Assembly: GCA_024679065.1 (NCBI GenBank)
Contig: JAGIQG010000009.1
Coordinates: forward strand, 81,220,001-81,284,000
Direction: 5' to 3'
Length of the DNA stretch: 64,000 bases
From: Sphyrna mokarran
Taxonomy: Eukaryota
The notes beneath the pieces are model-generated. The model was given only the letters and a program-made list of their open reading frames with translations, made no database searches and was not told where the DNA came from. Position 1 is the first letter of the stretch. Each line of letters opens with the position of its first letter. Positions 1 to 11,537 of the stretch are shown here, one piece after another. Both the position numbers and the translations under genes were made by a program.

Positions 1-639
1 GAAACTTCTAGATTTCATTTCAAACCTTACTGTCCAGCACTGGGCTGAGGTCAAGGGTGAGGCCAGAATTAGTCTCAGTGTCCAGGGGTCAGACAGGGTC
101 ACTACTCCGAATGACCTCATGAACTCTGGAGGATGTGACTATGTGGAGAATGGGTGAGGATCAGGATTAGGAATCTTCAACCTCACAGACAGAATTACAT
201 TTCTATAGCACCTGTCACCACCTCAGAATGTCCTAATGTGTTTTACAGCTCATTGTGCACAGCAAGATCCCAGGGAGCAGAGTGAGAAAGAACAGATAAG
301 AAGACATGAGGCGATATTGTCTGAGGGATGAATATTGACCAGTTCACCGGAGTGAACTCCCCTGCTCTTCTTCCAATAGCACCATGGGATCTTTTACACC
401 CGCTGAGAGGGCAGATATCAGATTGTCTCATCTGAAAGATGGGAGGTCTGTAGTTTAGAGGGGGGATATGACAGGTGCTGGCCCTTTCCCCATGAAGATT
501 TTGGAAGTGGATGGGGAAAGTGGGAGGTGAACTAGAGAAACATCTTTGTTGCTGCTGAAACTCTTGCTATCTGCTCAGTCATACCTAATAAACACACAGA
601 CACATCAGACAAACATCAGTCTGTTTCTGTGGATTCTCT

Positions 640-2500
640 GCTGCTTTCAGTTCAATGAAGAGTGCAGGAGGACATGCCAGGAGCAACAACAGACAGACTG
701 AAAAATGAGGTGTTACCTTGGTGAAGCTACAACACAGAGACTGTGTGCCAAACAGCAGAAGCAGCAAGTGATAGACAGAGTTAAACCATCCCACAACCAG
801 TGGATCAGATCTAAGCTCTGCAGTCCTGTCACATCCAGCCATGAATGGTGGTGGACAATTAAACAACTCACTGGAGGAGGAGGCACCACAAATATTCCCA
901 TCCTCAATGATGGAGGAACCCAGCACATCAGTACAAAAGATAAGGCTGAAGCATTTGCAGAATCTTCAGCCAGAAGTGCCGAGTGGATGATCCATCTCGA
1001 CCTTCCCCGGAGATCCTGAAGACTTGTGATCCAGAACTTCCCGTGTCCCTAACCAAGCTGTCCCTGTACATCTACAACACTGGCATCAACACAACATTGT
1101 GATAAATTACCCGGTTATGAACTGTGCACAAAAAACAGGACAAATCCAATCTACACAATAACCACCCCATCAGTCTACTCTCGATCATCAGCAATGTGAT
1201 CTGAACATATCCAGAGCGATACCAAGCAGCACTTACTCAGCAATAATCTGCTCACTGACACTCAGTTTGTGTTCTACCAGGGTCACTCAGCTCCTGATCT
1301 CATTACAGTCTTGGTTCAAACATGGACAAAAGAGCTGAACTCCAGAGGTGAGGTGAGAGAGACTGTCCTTAACATCAAGGCAGCATTTCAGCAAGTGTGG
1401 CATCAAGGAGCCCTCACAAAACTGGAGCCAATGGGAATCAGGGGAAAACTCTCCACTGGTTGGAGTTGTACCCGGCACAAAGGAAGATGGTTGTTGTTTG
1501 GGGTTTAACTCTACAATCTATATTAATGAGCTGGATGAAGGGAATGAGAGGAATGTCACTAAACTTGCTGATGATAAAATGAAAAATAGAAATGCATGTT
1601 GTGAGGAGGATACAGAGTCTGAAAAGGGATAGAGATAGGTTCAGTGAGTGGGGAAACATCGACAGATGGAGAATAATGTGGGAAAACGAGGTTGTCCACT
1701 TTGGCAGGAAAATAGAGCAGAATACTAGTAAACTGGAGAAATTCTATCCAGTGATCTGGATGTTTTTGCATCCAGGAACAGGAAAAAAATTAGGAAGGCA
1801 CTTGGAATGTTGCTGTTCATTCCAATGAGGATGAGTATAAAAGGAGGGATGTTTTACTACAGCACATTGGGAAAATCACACTGAGAATATTGTGGATACT
1901 TAGGGTCTCCTTACTTAAGGAAAGATATAGTGGAGTTGGAAAGAGTTCAGAGATGGTTCACTGGGCTGATTCCACCGAGTAAGGGATTGTCTTATGAGGA
2001 AAGCTTGAGCAGGTTGGGCCGATACTCATTGGAGTAGAACTTATTCCACCACCTCAGCACCATCTTCACCAGGGCAATTAGGGATGGGTGATAAATACTG
2101 GTCTGCAGAGAATCACAGGAAATAGGAACAGGAATAGGCCATTTGGCCCTTTGAGACTGTTCCACTATTCATCATGGTCATGGCTGATCATCCAATCAGT
2201 CGTCAGTTCCTGCTTTCCCGTAAAATTATTTCATCCTTTTCATCCCAAGTCCTTCTTGGAAATGTACAATATTTTGTCCTCACCTGCTTTCTGTGACAGT
2301 GAATTCCACAGGTTTACCCCTCTCCGGGTGAAGGAATTTTTCCTCACCTCAGTCCTAAAAGTTTTACCCCATATTCTCAGACTATGATGCCTCAAACTGG
2401 ACGCTACCAGCATTGGGAATATGCTTCCTGTATCTCTCCTGAGTAATGTTGTTGGAATTTTATAGGTTTTTTCTGATCCCCCTCATTCTTCTTAACTGCA
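640..2500 (+). mobile_element. Degenerate non-LTR LINE mosaic (L2/CR1-group RT fragments) in the J-C intron; paralogous copies at about 28240-30115 and 58170-60045
   Basis: Broken RT-region peptides (HNQWIRSKLCSP...; LNIKAAFQQVWHQG) and CR1-like 3' pieces with many stops. Confidence 0.75.
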
Positions 2501-2502
2501 CT

Positions 2503-2808
2503 GGGGGCAGAATGGTGACACAGTGGTTGGCACTGCTGCCTCACAGTGCCAGGGACCCAGGTTCAATTGCCAGCTTGGCTCACTGTTTGTGTGGAGTTTG
2601 CACATTCTCCCCATGTCTGCATAGGTTTCCTCCAGGTACTACAGTTTCCTCCCACAGTCCAAAAGGTGTGCAGATTCAGTGAATTGGCCAAGCTAAATTC
2701 TCCGACAGAAGAGACACCGGAATGTGGCCACGTGGCTATTTTCTCAGTGACTTCATTGCAGTGTGAATGTAAGCCTACTTGTGACTAATAAATAAAGTTA
2801 AAAAAAAA
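2503..2808 (+). mobile_element. tRNA-derived SINE (V-SINE/HE1-like); copies at 30119-30415 and 60051-60353
   Basis: A-box-like tggtgacacagtgg, B-box-like ggttcaattgcc, central gtggagtttgcacattctcccc domain, and aataaa/A-rich tail. Confidence 0.8.
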
Positions 2809-2809
2809 C

Positions 2810-4830
2810 CAAAGCAATCTCTCCTGCTCCATCAATCCCACTATCACAGAAATCATTCCAGTAAACATTTGCTGCACTTCCTCTGTTGCAAAAGCATTCT
2901 TTCTCAGATAAGGAGATAAAACTGTACACATTATTCCCAGTATGGTCTCACCAAGGCCCTGTATAACTGCAGAAAGACAGAATTATAAGGGACAGAGATA
3001 GGGTATATATGAGGAAACTTTTCCCCTTAATCACAGAGGCAGCAGATTCTGAGGGAATTGAGGGAAATCTTTTCACCCAGAGGGTGCTGGGAATCTGGAA
3101 CTCACTGCCTGAAAGGATGGTGGAGGTGGGAACCTTCACAACATTTAAGAAGCATTTAGATGAGCGTTTGAAATTCGGAAGTCTACAAGGCTACGGACCA
3201 AGTGCTGGAAAATGAGATTAGAATCGATAGATGCTTAATGACTGGCACAGACATGGACAATAGAATCTCTAAAGTGCAGGCGGAGACCATTCGGCCCATC
3301 GAGTCTGCATCAACTCTTACCCCATAAACCCCATGTATTTACCTCACTATTCCCCCTAACCTGTTCGAATTTTATAAGTCTCCATGAGTTCCTTCCTCAT
3401 TCCTCTGAACTCCAGTGAATATAAGTCTTAACCAACTCAATCTCTCCTCATACATCAGTCCCATTATAACAGGAATCTGTCTGGGATACCTTCTCTGCAC
3501 TCTCTCCACAGCAAAAATATCCTTCCTGAGATAGGGAGATCATAACTGTGCACAATATTCCCAGTGCTGCCTCACCAAAGCCCTGTATAACTGCAGCAGG
3601 TCCGAATTATGAAGACATCTTACCCAGGCTCCCTGTAACCCTGCACATTTACCATTGCTAACCCACCTAAAGAACACACTAGGGGCAATTTAGCATGGTC
3701 AATCCATCTAATCTGCAGATTTTTGCAATTACTCAAAGGATAGTGAGAAGGTGGAATGCCCTGTCTGTAGCAGATGTGGACTTGCCAATTTTAAAAGCAT
3801 TCAAATGGTCAGTGGATAAGCGTATGGATAATATTGAAATAGTTTAGCTTAGAGGGTCATTAGATTGGTTTCATTGGTCAGCACAACATTGAGGGCCGAA
3901 GGGCTTGTAGTGCGCTGAAATGTTCTATGTTCTATGCGCATCAGAACAGATACAAAGGAACTTTTCCCCTTTTTGCAGTCGATTGAAAAACTAGGGAGCA
4001 TAGATTTAATTTCAGAAGCAGAAGATTTTGAGGGATTGGAGGAAAAACCTTTTCACTCAGAGGATGTTGGGAATCTGGAACTCACTACCTGAAAGGGTAC
4101 TAAAGGAACCCTCACAACATTTAAGAAATATTTAGATGAGCATTTGGAATTCCAAAGCATACAAGGCTATGAATCAAGTGTTGGAAAATGTGATTAGAAT
4201 AGTTAGGAGCTTGATGGCCAGCAGAGACAGGATGGGCTGAAGGGCTTCTTTCTGTGCTGTAAATTTCTATGGCATTCTGACTGAGCCAAGAGGTAAATGA
4301 TGAGAATGTAAAATTACTGTTTTCTGGAAAATTCCGATGTGCATAGAACATAGAACATTACAGTGCAGTACAAGCCCTTCGGCCCTCAATGTTGTGCTGA
4401 CCAATGAAACCAATCTAATGACCCTCTAACCTAAACTATTCCAATATTATTCCTATGCTGATCCACTGACCATTTGAATACTTTTAAAATTGGCGAGTGC
4501 AGAACTGCTGCAGGCAGGGCATTCCAGGTCCTCACTATCCTCTGAGTAATTGCAAAAATCTGCAGGTTAGATGGATTGGCCATGCTAAATTGTCCCGAGT
4601 GTGTTCTTTAGGTGGGTTAGCAATGGTAAATGTGCAGGGTGACAGGGAGCCTGGGTAAGAAGCTCTTTTGGAGAATTGGGTGAAAAGGTTTCCCTCACGT
4701 CTCTCAAAATCTGCTGCCTCTGTGATCAACGGGAAAGGTTTCCTCATATCTACCCTATCTCTGTGTCTCATAATTCTGTGGATGGACGGAATATCCTCCT
4801 CCTGCACTGTAGGGATTCAATGGCTAATAA
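2810..4830. mobile_element. Nested CR1 3'-end and SINE fragments in both orientations
   Basis: Repeated FTQRV..WNSLP motifs and (tgttcta)n / (catagaa)n tails. Confidence 0.7.
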
Positions 4831-5226
4831 AAAACTACACTGACTGTGTGAGGTTTCCATGAGTGAAGGGATCCATTTTAAATGATCCCTGTTGTGACCA
4901 ATCGAGGGCAGGATTCCAGCTGATTATTCCTCACCCAGAGGAAAACAAAATTGGGATCCAGTTCAGGCAGTTAACAAATGAGGGATCCTGTCTGAGGACT
5001 GGTCACAACATGTACACAGCAAGATCCCACATACAGCAATGAGAACAATCAGCATTTTCAGTGATGTTGGATCCGGGATAAATGTCGGGTTGAACTCATC
5101 CCAAAGAGAAAGTAACAAAAGCTTGGAACACTGAAGCCACTGGATTGTGAGCCCTGCTGTGGCTGTTTGTCATCAGAACTTCAGCAAGAGATATGCAGGG
5201 AGTGGAGAGAGCAGAGTGAAAGCTGG

Positions 5227-5255
5227 GGCAGGTGGCACCTCGGTGTCTCACTGTG
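5227..5255. promoter_or_regulatory. Candidate J-C intronic element: kE2-type E-box GGCAGGTGG (5227-5235) and a lone heptamer (CACAGTG on minus, 5249-5255)
   Basis: Motif matches inside a non-TE block that is nearly identical in cluster 2 (33049-33077). Confidence 0.35.
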
Positions 5256-5634
5256 CTGCTGCTGTGATCAGTGATATCAGAGAGTGAGACAGAGAGTTCA
5301 ATTTCACATCAAACTCTGCCTGTGTGTGTCACACTGAGACCGACAGGAGTCTAGAGAGTGATTTCACTCCATGCTGCAGGAATGTGAACACAGTCTGCAA
5401 ACGTCCAGATCTCCTCCACACGGTGGGTAAAAGCTGCTTACTGAAATCTTGCTGTTTAAAGGGGGGAATGGAAGGAAAGAAATACAGCTGGACTCCCTGT
5501 TCTACACAATGTTCTTCAATCAACCATTTCATTGACTGTAACTTCCTCACTAACACCTTCAACTATTCAGTATCTGTGTTTGAGAAAGTTTCAACATTGA
5601 AAAGATTAATAACGGAGGATTGGGCTTTACTTAC

Positions 5635-5669
5635 TCAGTCTGAGTTTGGTTCCTTTAGCAAACGTAAGG
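5635..5669 (-). CDS. IGKJ: Ig kappa-type J segment, cluster 1 (LTFAKGTKLRL)
   Basis: C CTT ACG TTT GCT AAA GGA ACC AAA CTC AGA CTG A followed by donor GTAAGT; flanked by a 23-RSS. Confidence 0.95.
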
Positions 5670-5708
5670 CACACTGACAGCTTCCAGTGCAGGAGCTGTA
5701 CAAAAACC
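5670..5708 (+). other. J1 recombination signal sequence, 23-bp spacer
   Basis: Heptamer CACACTG 5670-5676 (6/7), 23-nt spacer, perfect nonamer ACAAAAACC 5700-5708. Confidence 0.95.
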
Positions 5709-5973
5709 TCTGTCTCTGACTCACTGACTCATTCATCTCTTTCTCTCTCACTCTTTCTATCTCCCTGTTCCTCTCTCTCTGTTTCTCTCAATATCCCTGT
5801 GTTTTATTGGGAGTGTTGAGGATTCTAATTTGAGATGATAAATCTTTCAGCTGCTCTTCATATGTGAACATGGAGAGTAAGAAAGAAACTCGAGGCCTTC
5901 AGCGAGCAGTGGATACCACAGTGACTGTGGGATGTGTCAGTGGACTGTGCAAATAATTTGCCCAGTGTCATTT

Positions 5974-6348
5974 CTGTGTGTCCATTATTATATATTATAT
6001 AAAACTGTGGGATGTGTCAGTACAGGAGGTGGGACTGTGTGTCCATTATTATATATTATATAAAACTGTGGGATGTGTCAGTACAGGAGGTGGTGCTGTG
6101 TGTCCATTATTATATATTATATAAAACTGTGGGATGTGTCAGTACAGGAGGTGGGACTGTGTGTCCATTATTATATATTATATAAAACTGTGGGATGTGT
6201 CAGTACAGGAGGTGAGACTGTGTGTCCATTATTATATATTATATAAAACTGTGGGATGTGTCAGTACAGGAGGTGGTGCTGTGTGTCCATTATTATATAT
6301 TATATAAAACTGTGGGATGTGTCAGTACAGGAGGTGGGACTGTGTGTG
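5974..6348. repeat. 61-bp minisatellite, 6 copies, between J1 and V1
   Basis: Unit ctgtgtgtccattattatatattatataaaactgtgggatgtgtcagtacaggaggtggga; tccatt recurs every 61 nt from 5981 to 6286. Confidence 0.97.
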
Positions 6349-6352
6349 TTGG

Positions 6353-6380
6353 GGTTTTTGTAAGGCTCTGTATCACTGTG
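6353..6380 (-). other. V1 recombination signal sequence, 12-bp spacer
   Basis: Perfect CACAGTG (6380-6374), 12-nt spacer, perfect ACAAAAACC (6361-6353). V-12/J-23 is the kappa-type arrangement. Confidence 0.97.
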
Positions 6381-6678
6381 CAGGTGTTGCCTTGACGTTC
6401 CTGACAGTAATAATCAGCGACATCCTCATTCTGAACATTGCTGATTGTCAGGGTGAATCTTGTCCCAGATCCACTGCCGCTGAATCGGTCGGATACTCCT
6501 GTGAATCGATTTGTTGCATCGTAGATCAGCAGAGCCGGTTTCTGTCCTTCTCGCTGTTGATACCATTGCACATAGCTGCTAACAGACTGACTGGCCGTAC
6601 AGGTGATGGTGGCGGTCTGGCCCAGGCTCACTGACAGCACCGGGGGAGTCTGGGTCATGATGACCTCTCCATTGATAC
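6381..6678 (-). CDS. IGKV: Ig kappa-type V exon, cluster 1 ([10 protein letters not shown]...TATITC...WYQQ...[11 protein letters not shown])
   Basis: Open frame with both conserved Cys, [17 protein letters not shown] and DYYC; acceptor ccctcag at 6679-6680. Confidence 0.97.
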
Positions 6679-6864
6679 CTGAGGGATAATAGAGAAACAG
6701 AGTGAAGTCAGAACTGTCACAGAAAGAGGCTGTACAATGAGATATTGTTGGAGACACTGACTGTTCCTCTCCTTTCAACATTTTCCCTTCAATCACAAGT
6801 CAGGAGAATTGGATTGAAATGGAGAGCAGGAAAATATTCAAGGTGGAAGGAGAGAGATTAGTAC

Positions 6865-6913
6865 CTGCGATGCAGAATGCCAGAGGCCAGAGCAGCTGGA
6901 TGACTGAAATCAT
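6865..6913 (-). CDS. IGKV: Leader exon of V1 (MISVIQLLWPLAFCIA-G)
   Basis: ATG at 6913, 49-nt hydrophobic exon, phase-1 GT donor at 6864; splices in frame to the V exon. Confidence 0.93.
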
Positions 6914-6973
6914 GGTGTGTGCTCGTGTCCCTGTGCCTGGTTACTGATAAACTCTCCCTTCACTGGGCTCTGC

Positions 6974-7069
6974 TTTATAAAGCTGCAGCCTGTGAGAGTC
7001 TCACTGCCTGTTCCTCAGTTTGTAAATGGTCTGACCCAGACAAACCACGTCAGCACCTTTCACTTCCTC
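6974..7069 (-). promoter_or_regulatory. V1 promoter: TATA (6974-6981), degenerate octamer ATTTACAA (7020-7027), TGACGTGG (7045-7052), EICE GAGGAAGTGAAA (7058-7069)
   Basis: Motifs lie 60-155 nt upstream of the ATG and are all conserved in the V2 promoter. Confidence 0.65.
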
Positions 7070-7309
7070 TTCTTCTCTCTCCACAGTGTCTGAGGGACAG
7101 AGGCTGAGGGACAGAGACTCCCTCAATTGCTATCTCTTTTATACTCTGAGTAACTCTCCATTAGTCTATGTTTCTGCCTATCACACACTCACTATCTCCC
7201 TTTCTTACCTTCCCTGTCTCACTCTCTTTGTTTACCCTCTCATTCACTCTTTCTTTCTCTCTTCTCATTTTCCCTCCCTCTATTCCTCTCAGTTTCTCCT
7301 TCACTTTAT

Positions 7310-9215
7310 CTCATAGAGTCATAGAGGTTTACAGCAAGGAAACAGGCCCTTCAGCCCAGCTTGTCCATGTTGCCCTTTTTTTAAACCCCGAACTCCAATT
7401 GCTTCTTTTGGCCCATATCTGTCTTTGCCCATCTTACCCATGTAACTGCCTAAATACTTTTTAAAAGATAAAATTATATCCATGACTATTACTACCTGTG
7501 ACAGTTTGTTCCAGACACTCGCCATCCTCTGTGTGAAAACATTGTCCATTTGGACAATTTTGTATCTCTCCTCTCACCTTCAACCTATGGCCTCTAGTTA
7601 TAGCATCCCCTACCTTTGAGAAAAGATATAAATTATCTTGTTGATCTATGCCCTTCGTTATTTTATTGACATCCATAAGTTCACCCCTTAGCCTTCTATA
7701 GTCCAGACAAAAAAATCCCAGTCAATCCAGCCTCTCCTGATAACCCAAACCATCAAGTCCTGTAGCATCCTAGTCTTTTCTGCACTCTTTCTAGTTTAAT
7801 AATCTCCTTTCTATAAAAGGGTGACCAGAATTGTATTCCAAGTGTGGCCTTACCAATGTCTTGTACAACTTCAACATAGCGTTCTGACTGCTGTGTTCAA
7901 TGTTCTGACCAATGAAACCAAACATGCCGAATGCCTTCTTCACCACTCTGTCCATCTGTGACTCCACTTTCAAGGAGCTATGAACATGTACTCCTAGATT
8001 TCTTTGTTCTGTAACTCTCCCCAGTGCCCTATCAGTAACTGAGTAAGTCCTGCCCTGGTTCAATCTACCAAAATACATCACCTCGCATTTATCGAAATTA
8101 AACTCAGTTGTCATTCGTCAGCTCACTGGTCCAATTCTGTTTGCAATTGGAGATACTTTCTTCACTGTCCACTATGCCACCAACCTTGGTATCATCTGCA
8201 AATGTATTAACCATTACTCCTATATTCTCAACCAAATCATGACTATAAATGACAAATAACAGTTGAACCAGCATCGATCCCTCTGGCACATTGCTCTTTC
8301 TCTTTGTTCCTCTGTATTCACATCTCACTCTGCCCTAGAAGAGGCGCCATCTTCCTGGTGTCCACTCTGTCAATCCCCTCACAATCTGATATGGTTCTAA
8401 ACTCCAATGGGTTCAGGCCCAACCTGTCCAACTTTTCTTCAAATGATAACTTCTCAACCTAGAAATATGTCGAGTGAATCTTCTCTGAACTTCAAACACA
8501 GTGATATGCTTTTCGAAATAATGAGACCAAAACTGCACTCTATTCCAGATGTGGTCTCACTGCTGCAGTAAAACTTCCCTATTTTTATATTCCATTCTCC
8601 TTGTAATAAACACCAACATTCCATTTGTCTTCCCAATCACTTGCTGTAGCTGCAGACTAACTTGTTGTGATTCATGTCCCAGGACAGCCAGATCCCTCTG
8701 TAGCACCGAGTTGTGCATTCTCTCTCCATTTCAATAGTTTATTGCTTTTCTATTCTTCCCGTCAAAATGGACACCTTCACATTTACACAGGTTGTATACC
8801 ACATATTTAGCCACTCATTTCTCTTGTCTCTATCCCTTTGCAAACTCTGCACCCCCTCTTGATAATTTACTTTTCCCACCAATCTTAGTGTCACTGGAAC
8901 ATTAGTTCCATTCATTCCCTTCATCCAAGTCATTCATATGGATTGTGAATAGTTGTGATCCCAGTACTGATTAACCCAAATTCCACTAATTACAGCTTCC
9001 CAACCTCAAATCAATCATTTATCCCCTTGCTCTCATTTTTGTGAGCTAACCAATCATCTATCAATGCTAATATGTTCCCCACACACCATCTTCTTACCCA
9101 CACACCATCATATCTTGTGTAGTAACATTTGATGTGGTAATTTATCAAATACCTTTTTAAATTCCCTGTACATGACAGCTGTAAGTTCCCTTTTATCCAT
9201 TTTGTGACCTCCACA
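7310..9215 (-). mobile_element. Degenerate CR1 LINE ORF2/3' fragments; paralogue at about 36095-38015
   Basis: [18 protein letters not shown] and FTQR motifs in broken frames. Confidence 0.85.
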
Positions 9216-9280
9216 AAGACGGACAATAAGATATGTAGAACAGAAAGAAACTGCTCCACATCGACCATGATGTCCATGTC

Positions 9281-9430
9281 CACTGGAGCCTCTAATAGGG
9301 ACCAGTAAACATGGGCCTCCTTCCCACTGGAGCCTCCAGTAGGGACCAGTAAACATGGGCCTCCTTCCCACTGGAGCCTCCAATAGGGACCAGTAACCAT
9401 GGGCCTCCTTCCCACTGGACCCTCCAGTAG
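9281..9430. repeat. 44-bp tandem repeat, about 3.3 copies; paralogue at about 38086-38230
   Basis: cactggagcctccagtagggaccagtaaacatgggcctccttcc-type units starting at 9281, 9325, 9369 and 9413. Confidence 0.85.
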
Positions 9431-10239
9431 CTGAACTTCATCCTCTCCATCACCTCAGGCTCTTATTTCCACAAAATTGTCCTCCTCTACACTACATCAT
9501 TACCTTAAGCACAGTAACCCCCTTGTCCCTGCATGTCCCATCTACTGATTCTGTTATTCCGATATCCCTTACCAGCTCCCCTTATCCACACTCCATAAAC
9601 CTCATCTTGTCACAAATGCAGTAGGCCCAGACTCTGTCTCACACCAAGTGTCGTTCGAACACCACCCGCACCTCTGTGATCTATCACCCCTGACCTCAGT
9701 GGTCATCACCCCTGACCCCAGTGATCTATTACTCCTGACTTCATTTACCTTTTACCCCTGACCTCACTGCTCTCCAATTCCCTCCATGGCCTCACTCTTC
9801 CCTACTCCTGTGTTCCTGCTCCAGATTCAGATTTCTCCCTCACCTTCCATCTGCTGATTCTGCTCCCTGGCCCATCGCTGCTTCCTTTATCCCACCAGTG
9901 ACAGCAGAGTCTTCAAACATCCAGGTCCTGCTCTCTGCCCTCTGACCCTTAATCCCTTCCCCTCTCCAAATCTTTTTCCCCAACAAACTCCATCCTTTCA
10001 CCCAAGCCTTTGATTTCTCTTCCAAAACTACCCCCAGCCCCTCCCCCATTCCCCTAATGCTGCTCTGTGAAACATAATGGGCTATGTTGTACACTACGAT
10101 GCTATATAAATTCAGATTCTGGTTTTTGGTTGGGGACAGAATTAGACACAGTGGTGAAGGCTCTTGCAGTCAAATATCCTGCTGACAGGATCCAGACTTC
10201 AACACACAGAATGGGACATTGTGTAAAGTAGGAATTATT

Positions 10240-11161
10240 AAAAATGTATTCATTGACGGGATGTGGATGTCACTGACTGTCCCAACATTTATTGCCCATC
10301 CCTAATTGTCCTTGAGAAGGTGGTGATGAACTGCCTTCTTGAAATGCTGCAGTCCATGAGGTGTACGTACACCCACAGTGCTGTTAGGGAGGGATTTCCA
10401 GGATTCTGACCCAGCGACAGTGCATGAACAGAGATGTATTTCCATTTCAGAATGGCATGTGGCTTGGAGGGGAATCTCCTGGTGATGTTGATCCCAGGGA
10501 TCTGCTACATTTGTCTTTCCAGATGAGAGTGGTCATGGTATTCAAAGGTGCTGCCTCAGGAACCTTGGTGAGTTCATGCAGGGCATCTTATAGATGGCAC
10601 ACACTGCTGCCACTGTTCGACAGTGGTGGAGAAACTTAATGTTTGTGAATGGGGTGCCAATCAAGTGGTGCTGCTTTGTTCTGGATGATGTTGAGCTTTT
10701 TGAGTGTTGCTGGAGCTCTACTCATCCAGACAAGTGGAGAGTATTCCATCACACTCCAGACTTGTGCCTTGTCGATGGTGGAGAGGCTTTGGAGAGTCAG
10801 GATGTGAGTTACTCGCTGCAGGATTCCTATCCACTGACCTTCTCTTGTAGCTACAGTATTTATAGGCTGGTCCAGTTCAGTTTCTGGTCAATCATAACCA
10901 ACAGGATTTTACAGTGTGGGATTCAGTGATGGTAATGACATTGAATGTCAAGGGGAGATGTTAAAATTCTCTCATGTTGGGGATGGTGATTCCGTGGTAC
11001 TGATGTGGCATGAATGTTACTGCTTCAATATCTGAGGAGTTGTGAATGGTGCTGAGCATTGTGCAATCATCAGTGAACATCCCCACTTCTGAAGGTCATT
11101 ACTGAAGCAGCTGAAGATGGTTGTGTCTCAGACACGACCCTGAGGAATTCCTGCAGTGATG
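10240..11161 (-). mobile_element. Degenerate L2/CR1-group LINE 3' part; paralogue at about 39040-39955
   Basis: Minus-strand RT C-terminal peptide (STIYKAQVWSVMEYSPL in the paralogue) and a 3' tail containing gggcaataaatg. Confidence 0.75.
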
Positions 11162-11537
11162 TCCCAGGATAACTCCCTCCTGACTGTATCCCACTGTGCC
11201 TTCTGTGCTGGGAGATTGGAGGTAGTGAACACGGTTCACCATTTTCTCCCGTCTCAGTAACAAACATCCAGCTGCTCTGAGCTCCTTCTTTCACTTCCTC
11301 TGTTGGTTACGTTTCAATCTTCCGATCTGACAGTCTTTGCAGTTATTTTTGACACTGGGGATTTGTGCTGTGGTCTGAATCTCTAACAATAACTGTCCAA
11401 TCAGTGAAAAGAACAACAGCTCAGAGCAGTCAGGACTGAGGAGCCAGGCTCACTGGGAAACACATTGGGAAGATCAAAGCCATGGTCTTCAGCTCCCGAT
11501 ACAAACTCCATCCCTCCCCCTGAGCACTGTCTGCTGC
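11162..11537. promoter_or_regulatory. Candidate upstream enhancer: E-box CAGCTG (11269-11274), EICE (11289-11300), RUNX TGTGGT (11369-11374)
   Basis: By eye identical to 39957-40332; its left part is an inverted copy of sequence 3' of C. Confidence 0.5.

Noticed and set aside
2503-2580. tRNA gene
   Set aside because: The A/B boxes belong to a SINE head continuing into a SINE body and tail; no cloverleaf.
5324-5677. Conserved 117-aa plus-strand ORF (also 33146-33499)
   Set aside because: Antisense to J and intron, non-ATG start, no recognisable domain; conservation is explained by recent duplication.
5916-5930. ccacagtgactgtgg palindrome as a fossil signal joint or D segment
   Set aside because: The heptamers are tail-to-tail rather than CACTGTG-CACAGTG, there are no correctly spaced nonamers, and it is not retained in cluster 2.
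5635-6678. Germline-joined VJ gene, as known for some shark clusters
   Set aside because: V and J are separate and both RSSs are intact in clusters 1 and 2.
6293-6796. 167-aa ORF as a single-exon protein (also 34914-35417)
   Set aside because: It includes intron sequence at the N-terminus and RSS/minisatellite at the C-terminus; the true exon is 6381-6678.
7082-7088. CACAGTG upstream of the V1 promoter as a functional RSS
   Set aside because: No nonamer at 12 or 23 nt and absent from cluster 2.
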